Positions 1-9,718 of a stretch of DNA of 59,770 nucleotides are shown here, in pieces (positions within the stretch are counted from its first letter, which is position 1; each line of letters starts with the position of its first letter). Below the pieces are notes generated by a model, which was not told the origin of the DNA, searched no databases, and saw nothing but the letters and a program-made list of their open reading frames with translations. The stretch comes from Guillardia theta CCMP2712 (taxonomy: Eukaryota; Protista; Cryptophyta). The stretch spans positions 103,003-162,772 of the forward strand of contig NW_005434628.1 of the NCBI RefSeq assembly GCF_000315625.1, read 5' to 3'. The position numbers and the translations under genes are program-made.

Positions 1-1496
1 GTGGTACAACCCTCCTGACCACCTCGATCCAGCCCTTCAGCCGTTTCGATCAAGACGTCCTCCCCTTCCCCGTCGCTGCTGCTGCTGCTGCTGCACTGCT
101 CCTCCTCCTCCTCCTCCTCCTCCTCCTCCTCCTCCTCCTCCTCCTCCTACTCGTCCTCATCCTCACGCGCCTCGATCCTCTGCCTCCTGGCCTTCCTACC
201 CCACCTTCCTTCCTGCTGCTCTCCTCGCCCCACCTCTCTCCCTCCTGCTCCTCCCTCCCCCAACCTTGTCATGCGAGTCCACCAGCGGATGCCCGGGCTG
301 CAGTCCGAACTCCACGAGCCAGTCGGGTGCTCGGTCGAGCGCAGGGTCATGAGACTCCATGAAGTCAAGGTAGTCTGACATCTCCATCCCCACGCTCTCC
401 TTCCTCCCTCCCTTCTGTCGGAATACCTTCCCACCCTCGTCAGCACCTCCCCCTCCTCCTCTCCCTTCACTCCCACACCCTCAACCCTCCCCCTCCTTGC
501 TCCCCCCTCCCCCTCTTCCTCTTCATCCCCTCCCCTCCCACTTCCCCGCCACCACTGCCCCTTACCCGTCCTACCTCTCCCCCTTTCCCTCCCCCTCACT
601 TTCATCTCGAATTCCTCCCTCCTCCCCCCTCCCTCTCTTTCTCCTCCTCCCCTTCTTACCTTGAACTTCCCAAGCTCGCCGCTTGCTGCTCGCAGCCCCT
701 CCTTGCTCCAGATCTTTCGCAGACTCTCTTCGTCCTCGTCCCGCCACACCCCAGTGATGCGAAGGGGACGATGCATGAGAGAATGATGGCGCAGCACCTG
801 AGCAAACCACTGTCAGCCTAGTCTCTCTTCCTCGTCCTCGTCCTCCTCTTCCTCTCTCCTCTCCCTCCCTCCCTCCCTCTCCCTCCCTCCTCTTCCTCCC
901 TCCCTCCTCTCCCTCGCTCCCTCCGCTCCCCTCCCTCTCCCCTCCCCTCCCCTCCCTCTCGCTCCCCTCCCTCCCTCCCTCACCTCTTCGAAGGCAGGAT
1001 CCGACACATCGATGGACGAGATGTCGCAGAAGTCGATCTCAACCTCCGGCAGGCATCCCCTCCTCCACCCTCCGCTCCTCCCTCCCTCCGCTACCTCGCA
1101 GATCGCACTATCCTTCCTCCTCCCCGCCGTCCTGCTCGTCGTCCCACGGAGAGGAGAAGGAGGGAGCTCTCCTCGCATCCTCTTGTTCCACGTCGAGAAG
1201 TTCAGCAGCTGCTCCCCGTCCCTCGTCGCTGCCGCTGCCAGGTAGGCAGGGCTGTCGAGGGAGGAAGAGTGATATCCCAGCAGGAGCTCAGCTACCTCGA
1301 AGAAGCCGTTCTGCACAGCTCGGTCAGCTGGCAGCATCCCCTTAAGGTTCTTCTGGTCCGCTCTTGCTCCCTCCTCCAGCAGCAGCCTGCACGTGACCAG
1401 ATCCCCCGACGAGGCAGCGACATGCAGGGGCGAGTCGCCGTTGTGATCGCTAGCATGCTGCTGGTTAGCGGATAGCGCAGGAGGAGGAGGAAAGGG

Positions 1497-1538
<42 letters not shown>

Positions 1539-2751
1539 CGAGCAGGAGGATCTCACAGGACTTGATGAGAGATCCCGGCGTTGAGAAGCTTTTTGACGAA
1601 CTTCGAGTTCCACTTGGAAAGCAGACGACCCAAGTCGGTACGGTCGTAGGTGGTGCGATTGCTGCGAGAAGTCAGGAGGAGGACGGGGATGGCGGAAGAG
1701 GAAGAGGAAGAGGAAGAGGAAGAGGAAGAGGAAGAGGAAGAGGAATAGCAGAAAGTAGACAGAAAGGAGAGGGGAAGGGGAAGGGGAGAGAAGACGGGGG
1801 AGGGGATGGCAGTGATGGTTGGGGCGGAAGCAGAGGAAGGAGGGCGAGAGTTTGAATCACCTCCTGAGGATATCAGGTGATATCTTAATGCCAAGCTCAG
1901 CAAATGAATCATAAAAATGTTTGCGATCCTGAACACAAATCAGTTGAACGAACCCGCCCCTTTCCCTCCTCCCTCCTCCCTCCTCCCTCCTCCCCCCTGC
2001 TCCTGCTCCTCCTGCTCCTCTTACTACTTCTACTACTCCGTTTGATGCTCCTCACGTTTTCTCGGAGCATCTCGCGAGTGAGAATTCCTTGCTCGTGCAT
2101 GTTTCGGTTTACATGTCTGCAACAGCATCAGCTAAGAACAACCCTGCTGCCCTCCCCCCTCCTTCTCTCCCCCCCCCACCCCCTTCCATTGCCTTCTAAC
2201 CACCACCCCCTCTTCCTTCCTCACCCCTTGCCTTCTATCCCCCCCCGCCCTCCCCCCCCCTTCCTTGCATAATCCCTATCAACCTCCCCGTCCTCGTCCT
2301 CGTCCTCCTCACCCAGCTCCTGGGTGGCCGGTGATAATCTTGGAGAGGCCGATGTACCAGTTGTGCAGGTTGGTCGCGTAGTGGAGGATGGAGCCTCCCC
2401 CGGGCGCGTGCGGGTTTCGTGCAGTCGTCCCGTCAAGGAGGATGTCATCAAGCTTCGCCTCGCCGAACCTCGAGCGAAAACTCTTGATACTGTGACGTCA
2501 AGTCAGCGCTCCCTCCCTGCTCTCCTCCCCTCTCCTCCTCCCCTTTCCTGCCTTCTTCTCCTCCCCTTTCCTCCCTTCTCCCCCCCCTTCCTCCTTCTCC
2601 CTTCCACCCCAGTTCCTCCTCCTGCTCCTCCTGTCCTCTTACATCTCCTTGATAGCAGGCATGCATCTGGAGATGGTCGCATAGTGCAAGGCCGTCAACC
2701 CATCGCATGCGTGGAAGAGATCCGCTCCCTCCGCGATCTGTCAAACAGGTT

Positions 2752-2794
<43 letters not shown>

Positions 2795-3114
2795 ACTCCT
2801 CCCTCACCAGTATCCTGGCCACCTCCGCGAAGTTTCGATTCTCTCTCAAGTTGAGGTGGTTCCCAAAGTTCCACGTCTCGAACTGAGCGAGCAGCACAAG
2901 GGCAGTCAGTCAGCCGCAGCTCCCGCCAGCTCACCCCCACCTGGATCAGCGCGATGTGCAGCGGGGTGCAGTATCCTTCCTGAGCGCTGCCGTCGACGGA
3001 GTAGGAGTGGTCGATGACGTACTTCAACCGATCCACCCGCCCTTGCCTCGCCAGCTCGTAGAGCTCTCTTGGGGGGAGCAGATCTGCTGGCTGCTCCTGA
3101 GCGTCGCTCACGTC
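1..3114 (-). CDS. Multi-exon ankyrin-repeat protein with possible C-terminal JmjC/cupin-like domain; runs off the left edge; probably exons 2+ of the EF-hand gene at 3200-3844
   Basis: Ankyrin motifs in successive exons: EGYCTPLHIAL, DGLTALHYA, GGSILHYA, GDSPLHVAASSGDLVTCRLLLEEGA, GMLPADRAVQNGFFEVAELLL. Downstream exons RPLRITGVW..LRKIWSKEGL..GKFK and MEMSDYLDFMES resemble the pre-JmjC segment of JMJD8/JMJD6-like proteins (weaker call). Exons are separated by GT-AG introns filled with GGA/CCT repeats. Confidence 0.7.
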
Positions 3115-3199
3115 CTGCGATCATCCCGCTCAGGAGCTAGGCGGTGACGGTACAGAAGTGGATGAATGTCTCAGGGATGGAAGAGGAGGAGGAAGAGAC

Positions 3200-3844
3200 C
3201 CTGGAAGGCTCTTGTCCCTGCCCCGTCAGCCCCAGCAGCAGCTCGCTGAAGTCCAGCTTCCCGTCATGGTCCTTATCCCACGCGGTGAACCCCCTCTCCA
3301 TCTCCTCCTCCGTGTCCCCGTCCTCCATCATGAGCTCCTTAAACTCTGAGAAGCCGATCTTCCCGTCCCCATCCTTGTCATACTGCAGGGCATACCGAGC
3401 AGGCTCGTCGGCATCCGAGTATGCCCCATCCTTCCCCTCCCCTCCATCTCTCTCTCCTTTCTCTCCATCCTGTCCCCCCTCCTGAGCACCGCAGCTGCCC
3501 CCCTGCTCCATGAGGCCTATCATTGCGGTGGAGAACTCTTGGAAGTCTAGCCTCCCGTCCCCTGATGTGTCTGACTTGACGAAGAAGCTCTTCCAGCCCT
3601 CATCTCCTCCCGTCCTATCGCGGTTTTCAGACAGCATCCGTTCGTACTCCTTCATGTTCAGGGCTCCATCGCCGTCCTCATCGAACTTGATGAAGTCTAC
3701 CTCGGCATCGTCGCTCGCTCCAGGCAGTCCTTGATCTCCTTCCCTCGCCAGGGCTGAAGCAAACGAAAGGCTCGTGACGAAAAGAATCGCCAGCCAGACA
3801 AGCATTGTCGTCCGAAGGGTCATGTTCCTCTCGCCCATCATCAT
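3200..3844 (-). CDS. Signal peptide plus four EF-hand calcium-binding motifs (exon 1; the unspliced ORF ends at 3137)
   Basis: Hydrophobic N-terminus MLVWLAILFVTSLSFASALA. Four canonical EF loops: DEDGDGALNMKE, DTSGDGRLDFQE, DKDGDGKIGFSE, DKDHDGKLDFSE. An in-frame GT-AG intron at 3199-3115 joins it to the ankyrin exon. Confidence 0.88.
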
Positions 3845-3946
3845 CGTCTCACTCTCCCGTGTCTTTGTCCCTCGTCCCTTCTCCTCCTCCTCTACTTGCT
3901 TCTCTCCTTCTCCTTCTCCTTCTCCTTCTCCTTCTCCTCTGGTTCT

Positions 3947-4035
3947 CCTCTCCTCTCCTCTCCTCTCCTCTCCTCTCCTCTCCTCTCCTCTCCTCTCCTC
4001 TCCTCTCCTCTCCTCTCCTCTCCTCTCCTCTCCTC
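3947..4035. repeat. (CTCCT)n pentanucleotide microsatellite
   Basis: Perfect tandem CTCCT run upstream of the EF-hand gene. Confidence 0.95.
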
Positions 4036-4109
4036 TACTTTCCTCGTGTCATCGATCGTCCTCGATCTGATCTACTCGTCATTGCACTGCCTGGTCGCCT
4101 ATTCGGTTT

Positions 4110-4860
4110 CATCACCCCTACCCCCCCTTGTTCCAGTAAATCCCCTACACCCCCATACCAAATGCGAACCGAAGTGTGTTGTAGAGTCTTCAAGTCGGAG
4201 CCTCGGAGCGTGACTCAGCCGCATGATGCGGCGGCCCGGCCGGACCGGGCCGCCGGGCACCGCCCCCGGCCTCACTGAGTAGTAGGCTGCCGCCTTATGA
4301 TCCGGCGAGCCTGAGGCTCGTTCTGAAACTGAATAAGCGCGGCCCGCAGTGTCAACACAGGTCTCCGGCCCGGTGAGTCCGATCATGATCGGCGGGGGCG
4401 ACTCATCGGCCGGCCCCCGGGTTCAGCGATGATTCACTGCCGTGACCGTGCCGACCGTCTGAGTCGGACTCTCTCGCAGCCATCGGCCCGGGCCCCGGGC
4501 CGGTCCTCAGGCCTCAGTGGCAAAGAAACAGTTTCAATTTCGTCGCCCCCCCCCTTAAATGGTCAGGCCCGCCGCCCTCAGGGATTCCTGGGCTCAAGAC
4601 GGGGGGTAGAAAGAGGGGAAACTGAGGGTACGGAGAGGTTCTGAGGGGGGTGGGGTAGGATTAAAGGGAGGGTACGCCCCTTATATGAGCTTTTTGTCTG
4701 GGGGTGCAAAACAAAGGGGTGTTAGGGGTAAGGACGAAAGGTGGGGTGAAATGATGGTAATTGAGGGGTAGGTCTGACTATGAGTGGGTGGACTGAAGGG
4801 GGTAGTTGGATCCATCATGGCAGGAAACGAAATGGAATCAGGGGATGGCGGGCGAGGGAA
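4110..4860. promoter_or_regulatory. Putative bidirectional promoter: C-rich tract / CG- and GACTC-rich island / G-rich tract
   Basis: Lies between divergent starts at 3844(-) and 5263(+). ACCCC-rich 4110-4160, CCGG/GGCC/TGACTC-rich core ~4190-4560, GGGGT-rich 4600-4860. The same architecture recurs at other divergent gene pairs. Confidence 0.5.
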
Positions 4861-5262
4861 GGAGGGAGAGAGGGAGGGAGGGAGGGAGGGAGATGGAGCT
4901 AAGGCAAGGATTGGACCGATACATGAGATCATGAGACAAGGTCAGATGCTGGCGTCTAAGTTAGGGAGGTACTGTTCGAAGAGCAAAATTGGAGTACGAT
5001 GAGGGGCAGGAGCAGGCGGGTAAGGAGTAAGAGGAGGAGAGGGAGAGAAGTGGAGGAGGAGAGCAGGGAAACCTAAGATGGATCCTGGACTGACATCGTT
5101 TGCAAAGGGCGTAAACGGAAGTCATAGTTTCTTGTTGATCCATTACATGCAAGGTGGGAGGGATTTGCTGTGGCTCAACTGAGAACTCGTGAGCAGCGAG
5201 TGATCGCAGAGGCAGAGCGTCGTTGTGAGGTTGTCCGGCCCTGATATAAGTTGAACGGAAAC

Positions 5263-7907
5263 ATGTGGATGAGCAAGGGAGCGCGCTGGAGTGCCATCAT
5301 GCTGGGCCTCCAGGTCGCCTCCTGCATGTCGATCGAGCTGTCCGTCAGGTCAGCAGGTGATAGCTCCCCTGCTTTTGCTCGGATTTTCACTCACACGCCC
5401 TCCTCTTCCTCCTTCCAGGTCACATGCAGCAGCAGCCGATGCGGCTCAAGGGAGGAAGCTCGTACTTCAGCAAGGAAGGGGGAGGAAGTGGTGTGACTAG
5501 GAACGTGAGTTTACTTGCTCTAGCTCTCCCTCTCCTCCCTCTCACCCCCTGAGCAGGCGACCAAGCCGTCTGCCCCCGCAGGCTGGACGAGCGGGAAAGG
5601 TCAGGCTCCGGTGGGTGCCCTCCTTGTCTCCTGTGCGGCTGTTGCCTGAGGAAGAGTTTCAGCAGCCCAAGGGCCAAGGAGGAGGGACGAAGGCTGCGCA
5701 GGTGAATGGAACATCCTCGATCTGCTCTGCAACGGGACGTCTCAAGTCTCTCAGCTGACTGTCATGCTTGTAGGCTGACGTGGCGTCCAAGGCCGGGCAG
5801 AAGCAGGAGGAGGAGGCTGCGGCTCCTCCTCCTCCTGCTATGAAGCCAGTGATCCCCCGGATGAGCCAGACGGTGACGAGGATGGAGAGTTACTCCATGC
5901 TCGACGAGGACAAGATCACGTCGAAGCTGAGAGATGAGGCTGAGGTGACAGTGATGCTGCTCTTGTCGTCCTCTGACGATTCCCTCTCCTCCTCCACCTC
6001 CACCTCCACCTCCACCTCCACCTTCTCCTCCACCTTCTCTTCCTCCGTTTCTTCCCTCTCCTCGCCTTCCTTTCGCCACTCCAACATCGCAGGTTGCTCC
6101 TTCGGCACACCCCATTCCTCTTCCGACAGGAAAGACAAAAGCCCAGCCCAAGCCCGAGCCCCCCAAGGAGGTAACGGACGCCTGGCTGCGCGTCCTCGAC
6201 CAGGCTGTGGGAGGCAAGACGGTGCTGAAGGCTGAGAGGCCCGAGGAAGTTATCCAAGAAGTCTCCAGGATCTCTGCTGCCGCCAAGGCCGAGCAAGTTG
6301 CCGCCAAGGCCGCAGAGACTGCAGAGGTGGCGGAGGAGCAGGAGCAGCCGGAGGAAGACGGCAGGCAAGCATGATGGGGAGGGAAGGAGGGGGTGGGGAG
6401 GGAGGGGGTCGATCAAGGAAGGAGACTCGTGGGGTGAGGGAGGAGGCGGGGAAATGAGGAACGAGGAACGAGGAGGAGGCGGAAGGAGAGCTGACGGGGG
6501 GAGGAGCAGGTTGCGGATCGTTATCATATCATCGGAGCTAACTCCCTACTCAAAGTCCGGGGGGCTGGCTGACGTGGCCTCGAAGCTCTCGATCTCGCTC
6601 AGTCAGATGGGTCACCGGGTCATGACGGTGGCCCCAGCCTACAAGTGGTACGAGGGGGCAGTAGGGACTGACGTCCGCCGAACCTTCACGCTGTACGGGG
6701 GGGGGCACGACGTACATTATCTCCACCAGTGGTGCCCCACGGACCCCAGGGAGGATGGAGACCCCAAGATGGGGGTGGATCGGATCTTCGTGCAGAACGC
6801 CAACGCGTTCGAGCGGGCTGGGATGTACGGGGACCCCGGAGGGCACGACTACTTCGACAACTTGTTCCGGTTCGCGCTGTTCTCCTGGGCTGCGCTTGAA
6901 GGTCTGAGGAGAAAAGGGAGGAAAGAAGCGATGGAGGGAGGATGAGAGGGAGGGGAGGAGAAGGAGGGGAGGGGGAGGAGAANNNNNNNNNNNNNNNNNN
7001 NNNNNNNNNNNNNNNNNNNNNNNNNNNNNNNNNNNNNNNNNNNNNNNNNNNNNNNNNNNNNNNNNNNNNNNNNNNNNNNNNNAAAAAAAAAAAACCCCCT
7101 CCCCCCAAAAAAAAGAGGAAGGACCCAGGGAGGGAGGGAGGGAGGGAGGAAGAGAAGTAGGGAGGGAGGGAGGGAGGGAGGGAAGGCTCTTATGATAGAA
7201 CAGATGTACAACTATGATCTTCCGGATCCACGAGAGACTCCCAAGTGGTCGTTCTGCGACATCGGTAAACGAGAAGCGACGCGGGGGGTGTGAGCGAGAG
7301 GAGGGAGGAGGAGGGAGAAGAAGCGAAAGTGTGAAGGGGAGGAGGAGGAGATGTTTTTGGTGGTAGTTGTACTGGTTGATGGGCAGGGAAAGGAAGAGGA
7401 CGAGGGAAGAGGGAAAAAAGAGGAGGAGGAGGAGGAGGAGGAAAAGATGAAGGAAGGAAGGAAGGAGGAAGAGGAGGTGAAGGGAGGACGAGGAGGAGGA
7501 GGATGGAGAAAGATGAGGAGGAGGAGGAGGAGGAGGGTAACAAGGCTTCAGGTCTAGCGGACAACTCCTATTACGACAACTACAAGTGGGTATTCCCACC
7601 GCAGGAGCGAGGAGACGGAGGCGTTGTGGACGACGGAGAATGCGCGAAGTTGCTGCTGGGAGGGATCAACATGGCGGATCGAGTCGTGACGGTCTCCCCG
7701 TCCTACAAGGAGGAGATCATGACGGATGGAGGAGGATGGGGCCTTCAGCATAATGTGCGCGCGCGCAGCGACCGACTGGACGGTAGGCGAGGAGGAGGAG
7801 AGGGGAGGAAAGAGAGGGGAAGCAGGGGAGGAAGACGTGGTGGTGCTGATGTTGGAGGAAATGTTGAGATGAAAAGAGTCAGCGAGTGAGAGAGGATCGT
7901 AGGCAGT

Positions 7908-7940
<33 letters not shown>

Positions 7941-9454
7941 CGAGCGAGTGAGGAACAGAGAGAGGGGAGCAAGACTTCAGGTGTTTTCCTGATTCAGCTG
8001 CTCCCCCAGGTATCTTGAACGGCATCGACACGGAGGAGTGGGACCCGGAGACCAGCAAGGCTCTTCCTGCTCAATTCAGCAAGAGCGACTTATCAGGCAA
8101 GGCGATCTGCAAGGAGAAGCTGCAGGAGGCTCTCGGCCTGCAGAAGAACCCCAACGCTCCCATCATCGCCTTCATTGGACGTCTAGGTGAGAACAGAGGA
8201 GGAGGAGGGAGGGAGGGGAGTCGGGAGAAGGGAAGAGGAGGAAGGAAGAGCAGGAGCAGGAAAGCATAGAGTCTAAGCCTAGACTAGCATGCTTCCTCCG
8301 CCGTCTCGTTCTCCTTCCCTTTAGTTTTAATCTCTCCTCTTGTTTCATCCCCGCATTGGTCCTCTCATGCTCCCTCCTCCCTCCTCCCTCCTCCCTCCTC
8401 CCTCCTCCCTCCTCCCTCCTCCCTCCTCCCTCCTCCCTCCTCCCTCCTCCCTCCTCCCTCCTCCCTCCTCCCTCCTCCTTCCGTCCTCCCCCTCTCTCTC
8501 TCCTCTTCCTCCTCCCTCGTCTCCTCCTCCTCTCCCCTCCTCTCCCTCCTCGCTCTGACCGCACCCCCAGCTCCGCAGAAGGGCATCGACGTGCTGCAAG
8601 AGTGCTTTCACTGGCTCATGGGAGGAGACGACCAGGGAGTCCTCGGAGACGCGCAACTCATCATGATGGGGAATGGGCAGGCGGAGTACGCAAACTTCAT
8701 GAGGGCGGCGGAAGGACAGTACAAGGGAAGGATCTGTGGGTACGTGGGTTTCAGCTCGGAGATGGAGCAGAGGATTATCGCTGGAGCTGACATCCTCATC
8801 ATGCCCTCCCGGTATGAGCCCTGCGGCCTCCCGCAGATGTACGCGCAGCGGTACGGGACGATACCCGTGGTGCATGCTACAGGAGGGCTCAAAGATTCGG
8901 TTCAGCAGTTCGAGTGGCGGGAAGGAGGAGAGACGGTGGGGACGGGGTGGAAGTTTGGGAACTGCGACGCCAATGGCCTGAAGGTAAAGCAGTGGAGGAG
9001 AGGGAAGGAGAGGAGAAGGAGGAAGAGGGAGGGAGGGAGAAGAGGGAGAAGGAGGGAGAGGTTGGAGGAGGAGGGAGGGAAGGAGGAGGGGGAGGGAGGG
9101 AGGGAGGAGGGAGGGGGAGGAGGAGGAGGATTAGGAGGAGGAGGAGGAGGGAGATGGATCTCATTCAAGGTGGCAGTGGGGTCTTTGGAATGCTCTAGAG
9201 ATCTACAAGAAGAAGCCGGAGGTCTGGGACAACCTGAGAAAACGATGCATGGAGCAAGACTTCAGCTGGATCGCAAGCGCCAAGAAGTACATCCAGGTAC
9301 CCACCCACCCACCCTCACTCCCTCACTGAATGCCTGCCTTTCCTCCTCCTCCTCTCCCCCCATCTTCGCTGGTAAAGGCAACTGACTTTACCTGCAGCTC
9401 ATGGAGTGGGCCACCATGGACCCTCCCAAGCACGAGCCCTGGCCCTTCCGGTGA
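5263..9454 (+). CDS. Starch/glycogen synthase, glycosyltransferase family 5 (SSI-like), multi-exon, with N-terminal targeting leader
   Basis: IVIISSELTPYSKSGGLADVA (KxGGL), HRVMTVAPAY, DNLFRFALFSWAALE, ADRVVTVSPSY, NGIDTEEWDP, PIIAFIGRL, QKGID, ADILIMPSRYEPCGLPQMYAQRYGTIPVVHATGGLKDSV. C-terminus MEWATMDPP..WPFR stop at 9452-9454. One N-gap inside. Confidence 0.95.
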
Positions 9455-9474
9455 TCAACTGGACAGCTGACCGC

Positions 9475-9549
9475 GAGGAGGAGGAGGAGGAGGAGGAGGA
9501 GGAGGAGGAGGAGGAGGAGGAGGAGGAGGAGGAGGAGGAGGAGGAGGAA
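9475..9549. repeat. (GGA)n microsatellite in the starch synthase 3' flank
   Basis: Perfect GGA run of ~75 bp. Confidence 0.95.
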
Positions 9550-9718
9550 CCTAGGGGAGAGGTTGATGCCTTTCGGAAGAAGAGACTATGCCATGACTAT
9601 TTAGAATTTCTTGAAGAGATTTCACAAAGCCAAACATTCAACGACATTACTAGCAGATTTCTTACGTTCCCTCCTTATTAGCCCAGTCATTATCCTTGAC
9701 TCCCCCTCCCCCTCTTCG

